NCBI GenBank assembly: GCA_965248535.1
Contig: CBDFJR010000002.1
Coordinates: forward strand, 1,568,001 to 1,632,000
Direction: 5' to 3'
Length of the DNA: 64,000 bases
DNA from: Phormidesmis sp.
GTDB taxonomy: Bacteria; Cyanobacteriota; Cyanobacteriia; Leptolyngbyales; Leptolyngbyaceae
Shown: one piece after another, positions 9,620-19,992 of the stretch
Numbering within the stretch: the first letter of the stretch is position 1
Layout of the letters: each line of letters opens with the position of its first letter
Made by a program: the position numbers and the translations under genes
Notes under the pieces: model-generated
Seen by the model: only the letters and a program-made list of their open reading frames with translations
The model's database searches: none
What the model was told of the DNA's origin: nothing

Positions 9620-11237
9620 GGTGTTGCCCAAGCAAACTGAGTCGATGCAGACCCGCGATCGCGTGCGGTTAGATGCCGATGTTTATTATCCCGATGCGGC
9701 GGGGCCGTTTCCGGTGCTGCTGATGCGCCAGCCTTATGGACGAGCGATCGCGTCTACGATCGTCTATGCTCACCCCATTTGGTATGCGGCTCATGGCTAT
9801 ATTGTGGTGATTCAAGATGTGCGGGGTCGCGGCACCTCTGAAGGAGATTTTCGGCTGTTTGAAGCTGAGATCGAAGATGGCTATGACACGGTGAATTGGG
9901 CGGCGGCGCTTCCGGGCAGCAGTGGCGTAGTGGGGATGTATGGGTTTTCTTATCAGGGGATGACGCAGCTCTATGCGGCGGTCAAGCGTCCGGCTGCGCT
10001 CAAAGCCCTGTGTCCTGCGATGTTGGGCTATGACCTCTATCACGATTGGGCCTATGAGGGCGGAGCGTTTTGTCTGCAAGCCAATTTAGGTTGGGCGATT
10101 CAAATCGCCGCAGAAACGGCCCGACTCAAAGCAGAAGAAGCGGACTTCTTAGCCTTGTCTCAGGCGGCACGCAGCTTGCCGCTCTACGATTCCATCCCGG
10201 CTCGTCCTAACATTATGAAGGAGTTGGCAGCCGATTCGTTTTATCACGAGTGGCTTGATCGTCCCGTTTCTGATCCCTATTGGCAGCGACTGTCTCCTAA
10301 AACCTATGTGGAGTCGTTTGACCTGCCGATGCTGCATATTGGCGGCTGGTTTGATCCGTTTATGCGCGGCACCTTGAATCTTTTTAATGCGATGGTCGAG
10401 CAAAGTCAACAGCCGCAACATCTGCTAGTTGGCGCGTGGGCCCACCTGCCTTGGGGTCGCAAAGTGGGAGCCGTGGACTATGGATCGGAAGCCGCGAGTC
10501 ACTGCGATCGCATCCAAATTCGATGGTTTGACCAATTTCTCAAAGGCATTGACACAGGGTTGTTGACCGAACCTGCGATCAAATTGTTTGAATTGGGAAG
10601 CAACCAGTGGCGATCGCTCGATCGCTTCCCTCAAGACTCAAAAACTCCTTTTTATCTCACCAGCACTGGTCTGGCAGGCATCACGGATGCTGACGGGCTG
10701 TTAACCTGGGTGCCGGGTGCCTCTGCTTTAGATCAGTTTGTGCATGATCCGTGGCGACCTGTTCCGGCGCTGGGAGGTCATGCCTCTGCGCCATCGGGAT
10801 CGGTTGATCGATCGGCTCTGGATGGCCGAAGTGATGTGCTGACTTACACCTCTAGTCCCTTGATTGACGGATTGCGATTGGTGGGAGCCACGATCGTGGA
10901 GCTTAATTGCACGGCCGATCAGCCGAGTTTTGATCTGTCTGTCGTTTTGTCAGAAGTTCGGGCAGGTGGCGGTGTTTACAACGTGGCTCAAGGCTATCGA
11001 CGAGTCAACCCTGGCGACGAGACGCAGCCTGTGCAGATTAATCTTCAGCCGATTTGCATTCAGATCGCTTCTGGCAATGCGCTGCGATTGAGTGTGAGTG
11101 CCGCGTGTTTTCCGGCTCACCCGGTGAACGAGGGAACTGGAGCCACGCCCGCCGAGAGTCGAGCGATCGCCGCTCAGATCATCACGATCGCGCTTCAAAC
11201 TCAGGGGTCTCGCATCTTGTTGCCAATTTCAGGCTAG
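9612..11237 (+). CDS. CocE/NonD-family serine hydrolase
   Basis: QDVRGRGTSEG, GMYGFSYQG nucleophile motif, GGWFD, GAWAH; overlaps the cupin stop codon. Confidence 0.9.
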   Translation: MFKVLPKQTESMQTRDRVRLDADVYYPDAAGPFPVLLMRQPYGRAIASTIVYAHPIWYAAHGYIVVIQDVRGRGTSEGDFRLFEAEIEDGYDTVNWAAALPGSSGVVGMYGFSYQGMTQLYAAVKRPAALKALCPAMLGYDLYHDWAYEGGAFCLQANLGWAIQIAAETARLKAEEADFLALSQAARSLPLYDSIPARPNIMKELAADSFYHEWLDRPVSDPYWQRLSPKTYVESFDLPMLHIGGWFDPFMRGTLNLFNAMVEQSQQPQHLLVGAWAHLPWGRKVGAVDYGSEAASHCDRIQIRWFDQFLKGIDTGLLTEPAIKLFELGSNQWRSLDRFPQDSKTPFYLTSTGLAGITDADGLLTWVPGASALDQFVHDPWRPVPALGGHASAPSGSVDRSALDGRSDVLTYTSSPLIDGLRLVGATIVELNCTADQPSFDLSVVLSEVRAGGGVYNVAQGYRRVNPGDETQPVQINLQPICIQIASGNALRLSVSAACFPAHPVNEGTGATPAESRAIAAQIITIALQTQGSRILLPISG

Positions 11238-11362
11238 CGAATGGTCTAAAGTCGGCTACGATTGGCAGAAATCACGGATGCTGAGACACTGTTGAGAGCC
11301 TTGTTAGTCTGAGGCGTTTGGGATCTTGTGCAAACAAAGCTCTGTTCTAGAAAGCGATCGCC

Positions 11363-11800
11363 ATGAAACAACTCAGCGTTAACATTGCTCACCTCCCCGA
11401 TGATTGGGCACCCATTTGTGCCATTCGTCAAGCGGTGTTTCAACAAGAACAAGGGGTTGCAGAAGCTTTAGAATTTGATGGGCTTGATGATGAAGCGGTT
11501 CAGTTTTTAGCTTATCTAGACGATCGTCCCGTAGGAACGGCTCGCATTCGCTTTTTAAGTCAATCGACGGCCAAGCTAGAACGACTTGCGGTTTTATTAG
11601 ACGCTAGAAAACAAGGAGTTGGTCAACAGATCATGCAGACGGCTCTTAAATTTTTAGCAGAAAGAAGGGTTGCAGAAGTCCGTATTCATGCTCAAGAGCC
11701 TGTAAAAGAGTTTTATCAGGGCTTGGGCTTTGAGGTGGAGGGCGATCGGTTTCAAGAAGCCGGAATTCCTCACTTTAAGATGAGCAAACGATTGGGATGA
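11363..11800 (+). CDS. GNAT N-acetyltransferase (ElaA/YjcF-like)
   Basis: IRQAVFQQEQGV, RKQGVG, FYQGLGF, EAGIPH motifs. Confidence 0.88.
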   Translation: MKQLSVNIAHLPDDWAPICAIRQAVFQQEQGVAEALEFDGLDDEAVQFLAYLDDRPVGTARIRFLSQSTAKLERLAVLLDARKQGVGQQIMQTALKFLAERRVAEVRIHAQEPVKEFYQGLGFEVEGDRFQEAGIPHFKMSKRLG

Positions 11801-11804
11801 ATCT

Positions 11805-14420
11805 GTGGGCGCGACGAAACCGGAGTGGATGAAAGGAGTGCCGATTTTAGGGCTGATCTGGCTCACCGGAGCAGTGATTGATCGAGTCTGGTTTGCAATT
11901 GATCACACTGTGCCTGGCTGGGATCAGTCAGACTATCTCACAGGTGCGCTGAACTATTGGCAAATGCTGCAATCGCCGCAGTGGTGGTCTCAAAGCTGGT
12001 GGGCAGAGTTTTGGATGCTGTCGTCTAAAATTCCGCCGTTGGTCTATATTTCGACCGTGCCGTTCTTGGCGATCTTGGGGGCAGGAGTTGAGCAATCTAC
12101 GATCGTCAATCTCTTCTATGGTGCAATCTTGCTTGGCTCTGTTTATGGGCTGGGGGCACGGTTGTTTACCGTTCAGGTTGGGCTTTGGGCAGCCGTTCTT
12201 TGTCTGCTGTTTCCAGAGCTTTACACGATTCGCTTAGACTTTTTGATCGACTATCCCTTAGTCGCAATGGTCACGTTAAGTCTGTTTACGCTCACCATGG
12301 CGTTTGTGATCGAAGGTGAATCGGTTAATGGATTAGACGATCGTCCTTTTTTTAAGGGACTTATCTTACCGTCTGCGGTCTATCTGTGGCTGTGGTCAGT
12401 TGCGTTTGGGGCCGCGTTTGGATTAGCGCTGTTAACCAAACAAACGGTTCTGTTGTTTTTAACCGTCCCGATCGCCGCGTTAGGAGTCACCCTGCTCTGG
12501 CAAAAAGCGTGGATCAAACTGATTCGACTGCTGCTGAGTTTAGTGGTCACCCTGACGATCTGCCTGCCGTGGTATCGCCTCAATTGGCTGCTGATCTTAA
12601 CCGCGAGTAAGCGGGCCACGATCGATTCTGCCATTGCTGAAGGTGATCCGCCCCTCAACACATTAGAAGCCTGGATTTTTTATCTCAAACTGTTGCCCTC
12701 GGTGGTGTCTTATCCCTTATTGCTGGCTGGTTTAGTTGGTCTGTTGCTCTACTGGAAGCGATCGGTGATTTTGGGTGACTGGTTTATTTCCGGCGGACGG
12801 TTGCGCCAGAAAATAGATTACGGTGGCTTGAGAAAACGTGGCTATCGTCAGGCTATTTATCGTCGCTGGTGGCGATCGCTAGGCTGGTTGGCGGTGTTTT
12901 TAGTGGGCGGCTATCTGTTGAGTTCGCTAAACGTCAACAAAGACGATCGCTACATCACGCCATTGTTGCCCGTGTTAGCCGTGGTGTTAGCTCAGGGATT
13001 GGTACTGTTTCCCGATCGACTGCGGGGCTTGCGTTGGGGAGCGGTGGGGTTATCTAGTTTGATGATGTTGTTTAACTTGATGCCGATCGAGTTTATGCCG
13101 AAGTTTTTATCGCTCACTCCCGCTCATCACGCCACCTTAGCCGCAGACTGGCACCATGAAGACGTGATTGATGAAGTCATTCGCACCGATCCTTATCTCC
13201 GCACCACGTTAGGGGTGCTGCCTTCGCTGGCGAGCTTTAATCAACACAATCTCAATTATTTTGGGGCGTTGCGAAACTTTCAAGTCTATGGGCGACAAGT
13301 CGGCACTAATCTTAAGCAGGTCGAACAAGATGCCCGATCGCTGCCCTGGTTTGTGACCAAAAGTGGCGATCAGGGGTCGATTCGTCAACCGCTGGCGCTG
13401 GCTGCGTTAGAAACGACGATCGCTGAAGGCTCAGATCTTCAGTTAAGAAAAACTTGGTCACTGCCCGATCGCAGCACTCTTAAGCTCTATCGTCGTCAGG
13501 TGCCGATGCTGCAAGTGCAGCCCTTGGGTTTGAAGAATTCTGGACAGAATACTGGGCACCCGATTCGCTTAGATCAAGTGCGAGTGCCCAATCAAGCCGC
13601 TCCCGGCAAACCGTTGCCCGTTACCTATCGCTGGTCGGGTGCTTGGAGTCAACTGCGATCGGGCTTGGTGTTAATCACTTGGAGTCGTGCAGCAGGCACC
13701 CAAACCGGAAATCGCTGGCTGCATGATCACGCGATCGCGCTAGGAATGCTGCAAGACAATGCGGGCGAAGACTCTGCTCAATTTCAAATTGTCGAACGCT
13801 TGGCAATGTTGCCGCCTGTTACTGCGGCCGGAGTTTATACCTTAAAGGCCACCTATCTCAATGTTAAAACGGGTGAGACTTACAACATTGCCGTGCCCGA
13901 TGTGTCGTTAACGATCGCTGCTGACGCGATCGCTGGGTCAGATGTCCCGGTTGATTTAGTGACTCGGCTCCGATCGCTGTCTGCCCTCATTCCTAAAGGA
14001 ATCGCCGCGCTCTCAAATGTGTTTGAGCAAGTCAGCACCATCAATCAATACGATCCGACTCAAAGCTATGCGGTGCAGGCGCGTCAGGCGTTAACCTATC
14101 GACTTCAGCAAGAGCCTAATAATCTTGAGTTTGCCTATAATCTGGCCCTAGCCGATGTGTTGAGTCGCAAAGTTGAGCCAGCGATCGCTGCTTTTGAGCG
14201 AGTCACTCAACTTGACCCCAAAAATCCCTATGCCTATGCCTATCTGGCCTTCGTCAATCTCTATGACTTTCGACCTCAAGCGGCCCAAACGGCACTGCGA
14301 TCGGCGTTGACTCTCAACCCGACCTTACCAGAACTGCACACGCTCAATGGAGTGGCCGCTTTGATGCGGGGCAATATGGCGCAAGCCTGGCAAGAGTTGA
14401 GACCGTTGAGAAAACCGTAG
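11805..14420 (+). CDS. GT39/ArnT-like lipid-carrier-dependent glycosyltransferase with C-terminal TPR repeats
   Basis: Multi-TM N-terminus (WDQSDY, KIPPLVY, LLTKQT, KDDRY); TPR-like AFERVTQLDPKNPYAYAYLA. Confidence 0.8.
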   Translation: MGATKPEWMKGVPILGLIWLTGAVIDRVWFAIDHTVPGWDQSDYLTGALNYWQMLQSPQWWSQSWWAEFWMLSSKIPPLVYISTVPFLAILGAGVEQSTIVNLFYGAILLGSVYGLGARLFTVQVGLWAAVLCLLFPELYTIRLDFLIDYPLVAMVTLSLFTLTMAFVIEGESVNGLDDRPFFKGLILPSAVYLWLWSVAFGAAFGLALLTKQTVLLFLTVPIAALGVTLLWQKAWIKLIRLLLSLVVTLTICLPWYRLNWLLILTASKRATIDSAIAEGDPPLNTLEAWIFYLKLLPSVVSYPLLLAGLVGLLLYWKRSVILGDWFISGGRLRQKIDYGGLRKRGYRQAIYRRWWRSLGWLAVFLVGGYLLSSLNVNKDDRYITPLLPVLAVVLAQGLVLFPDRLRGLRWGAVGLSSLMMLFNLMPIEFMPKFLSLTPAHHATLAADWHHEDVIDEVIRTDPYLRTTLGVLPSLASFNQHNLNYFGALRNFQVYGRQVGTNLKQVEQDARSLPWFVTKSGDQGSIRQPLALAALETTIAEGSDLQLRKTWSLPDRSTLKLYRRQVPMLQVQPLGLKNSGQNTGHPIRLDQVRVPNQAAPGKPLPVTYRWSGAWSQLRSGLVLITWSRAAGTQTGNRWLHDHAIALGMLQDNAGEDSAQFQIVERLAMLPPVTAAGVYTLKATYLNVKTGETYNIAVPDVSLTIAADAIAGSDVPVDLVTRLRSLSALIPKGIAALSNVFEQVSTINQYDPTQSYAVQARQALTYRLQQEPNNLEFAYNLALADVLSRKVEPAIAAFERVTQLDPKNPYAYAYLAFVNLYDFRPQAAQTALRSALTLNPTLPELHTLNGVAALMRGNMAQAWQELRPLRKP

Positions 14421-14447
14421 TCACCTTTCAGAACCATAGATTATCTA

Positions 14448-14585
14448 ATACCAATTTGATTTGTGAATGCGACAGATCCGCACGAGGGCACGGCAGTGCC
14501 ATGCCCGTACAAAAAGCGTAGGGGCATGGCATGCCGTGCCCCGTCGGATTGAACGATCAGTCGCAATTGCATCCGAAATTGGTAT
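14448..14585. mobile_element. MITE-like element (138 bp) with an internal REP-like doublet
   Basis: Perfect 10-bp terminal inverted repeat ATACCAATTT/AAATTGGTAT, extending imperfectly to TGCGAC/GTCGCA; internal palindromes at 14486-14510 and 14518-14541. Confidence 0.65.
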
Positions 14586-14589
14586 AACT

Positions 14590-14635
14590 ACCTTGATTAA
14601 GAACTGATCTGACTCTATAAGTTCTTAATCAAGGT
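14590..14635. repeat. Perfect 16-bp inverted repeat
   Basis: ACCTTGATTAAGAACT (14590-14605) and AGTTCTTAATCAAGGT (14620-14635). Confidence 0.8.
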
Positions 14636-14780
14636 GCATTTGTAACTGATCTAACTCCATCAGTAATCAAACCACTTGGATCAGTAGATAACGGAAGTCG
14701 GAGCACTCTTACTTCAAATGAGTTGATTAGGATCGATCGGATCGATCGAACTCTGGTGCAGTGTTAATCTAGTCTCGACT

Positions 14781-15590
14781 ATGCCTCAAGCCAAAAGTCC
14801 GCTTCGTTATCCCGGTGGAAAGTCAAAAGCGATCGCTCAGATCCTGCCTCGTCTTCCTCCCAACATTGGCGACTATAGAGAACCTTTTGTGGGAGGTGGA
14901 TCGGTTTGTTTAGCCGTCAAACAACGACTCGATCATCAAATTAAACACTATTGGATTAATGACTTAAATGTTGATCTCTACTGCTTTTGGTTTTACGCCA
15001 AAACTGAGAGCGAATTGTTTGCCAACGAAGTTGATAGAATCAAGCAAAAATATGACGATGGAAGAGAGCTATTTCAGCATTTCACGCGCAAAGACTTAAA
15101 GCTGAATGACTTTGAGAGAGCCGTGCGGTTCTTTATCTTAAATCGCATTACCTTCTCAGGCACCATAGACTCAGGGGGCTATTCTCAACAAGCGTTTGAA
15201 CGAAGATTTACAGCGTCCTCGATCGAGAGATTGCGAAAACTCTCCGCTCACTTATCAACTGTCCAGATCACCAACGGTGACTACGAAACCCTATTATTTC
15301 AAGACGGAGAGAATGTCTTTATTTTTCTCGATCCACCCTATTTAAGCGCTACAAAATCCAAACTCTATGGCTTAAAAGGCAACCTGCACACTGGTTTTGA
15401 TCACCAAAGATTTGCTGAAAAAATGCGGCAATGTCAACACAACTGGCTGATCACCTATGATGACTCAGCCGAAATTAGAACTCTCTTTAACTTTGCCAAC
15501 ATTACTGAATGGACGCTGCAATATGGCATGAATAACTATAAACAAGTGGGTGCGGCTCAAGGTCGAGAACTCTTCATTCAAAACTATTGA
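14781..15590 (+). CDS. dam: Orphan DNA adenine methyltransferase, Dam (D12) family
   Basis: LRYPGGKS, EPFVGGGSV, INDLN, FLDPPY motifs; no endonuclease gene adjacent. Confidence 0.88.
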   Translation: MPQAKSPLRYPGGKSKAIAQILPRLPPNIGDYREPFVGGGSVCLAVKQRLDHQIKHYWINDLNVDLYCFWFYAKTESELFANEVDRIKQKYDDGRELFQHFTRKDLKLNDFERAVRFFILNRITFSGTIDSGGYSQQAFERRFTASSIERLRKLSAHLSTVQITNGDYETLLFQDGENVFIFLDPPYLSATKSKLYGLKGNLHTGFDHQRFAEKMRQCQHNWLITYDDSAEIRTLFNFANITEWTLQYGMNNYKQVGAAQGRELFIQNY

Positions 15591-15623
15591 CAAAATTGTT
15601 GTTCTCTTTTCTTTAGCAATCTC

Positions 15624-16232
15624 ATGCCTCAAGTCTCACTTCAAACCTTAGTCAATGGCATTTGCTCTGGTGAGCATCTGATCAGCTTTCCAACCGATAC
15701 TGTTCCTGCTTTGGCAGCTAGGCCCGATCGGGCTGACCTGATTTTCACCACCAAACAGCGCAGCCTAGATAAACCCCTGATTTTAATGGCTGCCCAAGTC
15801 TCCGATCTCTGGCCCTATGTCATAGGCACCAAAGCCGAGCGCCAAGTTTGGCAACAGATTGCCGATCGCTACCTACCCGGTGCCTTAACCCTCGTGCTGC
15901 CAGCCAGCGATCGCGTGCCTGTCACCTTAAATCCGACTAACCCCGCCACGATCGGGGTTCGAGTGCCCGATCACCCGATCGCTCGCGCAATTTTGTCCGA
16001 GACAGGTGCGTTAGCCACCACCAGCGCCAACCTATCAGGACAACCCGCCCTGCAAACCATGTCTGATATTGAACAAACCTTCTCAGACGTGATGACCCTA
16101 TTGCCCTCTGACCTCGATCGCTTAGGATTGATAGAAGGAATAGCATCTGGGATGCCCTCTACCGTTGCACAATGGACAGATCAGGGATGGAAGATTTTGC
16201 GTCAGGGCACGATCGCCTTATTTTCCGACTAG
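15624..16232 (+). CDS. tsaC: L-threonylcarbamoyladenylate synthase (YrdC/Sua5 family)
   Basis: FPTDTVPAL, KQRSLDKPL, PGALTLVL, TTSANLSG, STV and LRQG motifs. Confidence 0.9.
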   Translation: MPQVSLQTLVNGICSGEHLISFPTDTVPALAARPDRADLIFTTKQRSLDKPLILMAAQVSDLWPYVIGTKAERQVWQQIADRYLPGALTLVLPASDRVPVTLNPTNPATIGVRVPDHPIARAILSETGALATTSANLSGQPALQTMSDIEQTFSDVMTLLPSDLDRLGLIEGIASGMPSTVAQWTDQGWKILRQGTIALFSD

Positions 16233-16263
16233 ATCTCCAACTTTTTAAGAAGTCAGACGATCT
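16231..16263. repeat. Degenerate short palindromic dispersed repeat
   Basis: AGATCTCCAACTTTTTAAGAAGTCAGACGATCT; related copy at 33701-33732. Confidence 0.45.
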
Positions 16264-16308
16264 TAGCCTTTCGCGTATTCACCATCATCTAAGGGACGTT
16301 AAAGGGCT

Positions 16309-17232
16309 ATGAATTGGATCAACGGGCTGTATTTGGGGAGTGGGTTAGGACTCGGACTCACAGCAGGCTGGTGGCTCTGGCACTTCAAACCTCACACGGC
16401 TATCAAAGAGTCTCAAGACGCACCCAACTCGATCACCGAGTCGTTGTCAAAGCGCTATCACCAGCTAGAACTCGCCTATCAAATGGCCGTCGAGATGAGT
16501 CAGTTTAAAGGCGGGTTTCTCTCTCGCACTGCCCACGAGCTACGATCGCCCCTCAATGGCATCATCGGCGTTCATCAACTCATCTTGGCTGACCTGTGCG
16601 AAGACACCGCAGAAGAACGAGAATTCATCGCCCAAGCCCATGACTCTACGCTCAAAATGGTGCAGATTTTAGATGAAGTCATTAGTGTTTCAAGAGTTGA
16701 ACAAGGAACTGACACGCTAGAACTACAGCCCGTTCAACTAGCAAGCGTGCTCTCACAGATTGAAGATCTGACTCATCTCAAAGCCAAAAATCGCAATCTG
16801 TGGTTAACGATCGAGCGACCCGACCCTGAGATCTATGTGCTAGCAGACCCAAAATGGTTTCGACAAGTGTTGCTCAACTTAGTTAATAGCGCGATCGACA
16901 CTATGCAGCAAGGCAAAATCTCTCTTTCAGTTAAGTCCGTCGATTCAGACTATGCCTATGTGCTGTTAGAAGACGAACGCCCCGCCGATCTGTGGCGAGA
17001 CCCCATCGACTTGTTAAAAACTCTGGCGATCACAGGCAACTCATCAGAGCCAACATCAGTCCTTTTTCACCCCTTAAAAGAACGATCGTCGGGCTTCAAC
17101 TTTCTTTTAAGCCAAACTTTAATGGAGACCATGAACGGACACTTAGAACGGCTAGAAACGTCCACAGATGAGCCATCACCGCTCAATAATCGCATCCAGT
17201 GTTCGATTCCGGTGATTGTGTCAGAAGTCTAA
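16309..17232 (+). CDS. Membrane-anchored histidine kinase-like protein with a degenerate ATPase domain
   Basis: N-terminal TM segment; H-box AHELRSPLNG; N-box FRQVLLNLVNSA; no recognisable G1/G2 boxes. Confidence 0.8.
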   Translation: MNWINGLYLGSGLGLGLTAGWWLWHFKPHTAIKESQDAPNSITESLSKRYHQLELAYQMAVEMSQFKGGFLSRTAHELRSPLNGIIGVHQLILADLCEDTAEEREFIAQAHDSTLKMVQILDEVISVSRVEQGTDTLELQPVQLASVLSQIEDLTHLKAKNRNLWLTIERPDPEIYVLADPKWFRQVLLNLVNSAIDTMQQGKISLSVKSVDSDYAYVLLEDERPADLWRDPIDLLKTLAITGNSSEPTSVLFHPLKERSSGFNFLLSQTLMETMNGHLERLETSTDEPSPLNNRIQCSIPVIVSEV

Positions 17233-17310
17233 GGGAGCGATCGTAAACAACACGACAGTGGCTCTGCTAAAAAGTCGTTTTAGAATATATAAGCCGTCAA
17301 CCGACAAATC

Positions 17311-19056
17311 ATGGATGCGCTCATCGGCAAAACCTTACAGGGTGGCAAATACACCCTCAACGCAGAACTCGGACGAGGAGGCTTTGGCATCACCTTTAAA
17401 GCGACTCATCACTATCTCAATCAAATCGTGGTGATTAAAACGCTTAACGAAGCCTTGAGAAACGACCCCAACTTTTTAGAGTTTCAGCGCAAATTTCAAG
17501 ACGAAGCGCGACGGTTGGCGATGTGCGTCCATCCTAATATTGTGCGCGTCAGCGACTTCTTTTTAGAAGATGGCTTGTCGTTTCTAGTGATGGACTATAT
17601 TCCTGGCTTGACGCTAGAAGAGTGGGTGTTTCCCGATCGTCCTCTGCCCGAAGCCACCGCCATTCACTACATTCGGCAAGTGGGTTCTGCCTTGCAGGTG
17701 GTTCATCAAAACGGGTTGCTGCACCGAGACATCAAGCCCCAAAACATCATTTTGCGAGAAGGAACGCAGCAAGTTATTTTGATCGACTTTGGCATCTCGC
17801 GGGAGTTTACGTCTGGCTCACCGCAGACCCACACCAACATGATTTCGTCAGGCTATGCCCCGATCGAGCAATATTTTGTTCAAGAAAAGCGCAGCCCCGC
17901 CACCGATGTCTATGGGTTGGCCGCCACACTCTATGCCCTGATAACGGCCCAGATTCCGACCGCCTCAATTTTGCGTGAACGTCAGCCCATGGCCGACCCA
18001 CGATCGTCACAGCCCCACATCAGCGCCTCCGTCAATCAAGCCATCATGCAAGGCATGGCCCTAGATGTTCGCTATCGCCCTGAGACGATCGCAGCCTGGT
18101 TAAACCTCTTGCCCAGGGCCGAATCCCAAATCTCTGGCATGAATGCTGGGCCTAGCGAGACCCGTCCGATTAGCTTAGAAAGCTCTCCCCAACTCCTATT
18201 CACTCCCTGGCAGACCCCGGAGCCGACCATTCCTGTGTTGCCGCCGAAGCTCTCCCCTGGCATTCCGCCTAAAAAAGTCGAGGCCGGAACTCAGGTGATT
18301 AGGGGCGCTGATTCCAGTCAACTTGATCGGGCCCCCCGCAACCCTAGCTCAAACGTTTTGATGGGCCTGGCGATCGCCGCTGGAGTCACGATCGTAGCAG
18401 TGACGATCGCCGCTTTGCTGTCTCAACCCAAGCTTCCCCAAACGCCGGTCGTCACAGCTTCTGACCCAGGGATCGTGCCCCTCCCCGATCCGTCACCTCT
18501 GCCCACCGTTTCTGCGTCCCCGCAGCCGTCACCAATCGCTAAGGCCACGATCTCGCCCACCCCGTCTCCAACGTCAGAGCCAACTCCGCTCAACCAACCG
18601 CCTCAGCCGCCCAAAAAAGATCTTCCCTTATTATCCTTCGGGCAACTTCCGTCTAGAATCCCTGGTTTTCCGACAGGCACCTCTGAGTCTGAGATCAAAG
18701 CCACCCTGGGCGAACCCACTACCACTAAGACAGGCTATTGGGCTAACACTCGCAGCGACCTCTACGAAGTCATTCCCGATCGGGTGACCCTGGCCTATAG
18801 CTACGATCGCGCCTCTCATAGAGTCCGTCAAACCGAGGCCTCCTTTGCTCCCTCGATCGATGAGCTACTCCTGCAAGTCACGGTTAACGGCATGTTGGGC
18901 AGCCAAGCGCCCGCCGAGGTGATGTCAGGGCTTCAGCGCGTCTATCAGCGGCAGTCTGATCACTATCGCTTTCAGCAAGGTGACTTAAAAGGCGTGATCG
19001 AGCGCAACAGCCGCGATCGCATCTACGTCGCCGTCTGGGATGCAGATTTGCACTAG
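17311..19056 (+). CDS. Hanks-type Ser/Thr protein kinase with TM helix and Pro-rich extracytoplasmic part
   Basis: [34 protein letters not shown]. Confidence 0.93.
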   Translation: MDALIGKTLQGGKYTLNAELGRGGFGITFKATHHYLNQIVVIKTLNEALRNDPNFLEFQRKFQDEARRLAMCVHPNIVRVSDFFLEDGLSFLVMDYIPGLTLEEWVFPDRPLPEATAIHYIRQVGSALQVVHQNGLLHRDIKPQNIILREGTQQVILIDFGISREFTSGSPQTHTNMISSGYAPIEQYFVQEKRSPATDVYGLAATLYALITAQIPTASILRERQPMADPRSSQPHISASVNQAIMQGMALDVRYRPETIAAWLNLLPRAESQISGMNAGPSETRPISLESSPQLLFTPWQTPEPTIPVLPPKLSPGIPPKKVEAGTQVIRGADSSQLDRAPRNPSSNVLMGLAIAAGVTIVAVTIAALLSQPKLPQTPVVTASDPGIVPLPDPSPLPTVSASPQPSPIAKATISPTPSPTSEPTPLNQPPQPPKKDLPLLSFGQLPSRIPGFPTGTSESEIKATLGEPTTTKTGYWANTRSDLYEVIPDRVTLAYSYDRASHRVRQTEASFAPSIDELLLQVTVNGMLGSQAPAEVMSGLQRVYQRQSDHYRFQQGDLKGVIERNSRDRIYVAVWDADLH

Positions 19057-19931
19057 GTAAACTCTACCGTTAAGCTCACTTCAGTTTCTAGCGTGGCTCC
19101 AGGGTCGAGATAAAACAAGCGATCGCCCGTGTTTAAAGCATTCCGAAGCGCGCTCCAGGGTTCTAAACAATAAAAATCTTTGCCCTTCAGCGTCCAAAAA
19201 ACCAGGGCCGAAAACTCAGGGCCATAGCTAAGACTCAGACGAGTGTGACGACTCAGATCTGAGCCACTCGCCACCTGACAACCTAACTGCGGAAAGGCCC
19301 AATCGATTTCAGGTCGATCGAAGTCAAACGTGTTAAAAAATGGCTGCACATCCTTAGACTGCTGATCTAACGCCTCAGTTGAAGGAATCTCAAATCGCAA
19401 TTGATTTTTATCTAACACCAAAAAATAGGGGTGAAACCCGATCGAAAACGGCATCCTTTCGCTAGACCGATTGATATAACGCTGATGAATCGAGAGCGTC
19501 TGCCCTTGCAGCGTGTAGGTAAACTCAAGCTGAAAATCAAACGGATAGACGGCCCGAGTCTGATCAGTGCTCGATAGCCCCAAGGTTAGACTCACCTGAT
19601 CTTGCGTCACCCGATCGAGCACCTCCCAAGGCATCTCTCGCGCAAACCCATGCTGCTTGAGCGTGTAAGACTGCCCGTTATGCGTGTAGGTGTTGTCTGG
19701 CAGATTGCCGCAGATCGGAAACAGAATCGGAATGCCCCCGCGCACCGACAAGCCCGGATCAGCAAACCGTGCCGTATCCATATAGAGCAATTCTCGCCCC
19801 TGCACCTGCCAGCTAGTGATAATGCCACCCCGATCGGGCACCACTTCTAGCCGTGACTGTGCAGCCTGGTCAGTCAGAATATACGTGTCATATTGCTGAC
19901 GACGAAACACGATCGTAAACACAGGCACCAT
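19053..19931 (-). CDS. Aldose 1-epimerase family protein
   Basis: [28 protein letters not shown]. Confidence 0.88.
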   Translation of the reverse strand: MVPVFTIVFRRQQYDTYILTDQAAQSRLEVVPDRGGIITSWQVQGRELLYMDTARFADPGLSVRGGIPILFPICGNLPDNTYTHNGQSYTLKQHGFAREMPWEVLDRVTQDQVSLTLGLSSTDQTRAVYPFDFQLEFTYTLQGQTLSIHQRYINRSSERMPFSIGFHPYFLVLDKNQLRFEIPSTEALDQQSKDVQPFFNTFDFDRPEIDWAFPQLGCQVASGSDLSRHTRLSLSYGPEFSALVFWTLKGKDFYCLEPWSALRNALNTGDRLFYLDPGATLETEVSLTVEFT

Positions 19932-19992
19932 CCCAGATGAATCAATAGGCTATAGATTAACAGGTCACCAGAGCACAAATGAGTATTGTGCT

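Noticed and set aside
14781..15590. Restriction-modification or other defence system
   Set aside because: No endonuclease or defence partner is adjacent; the gene sits among housekeeping genes.
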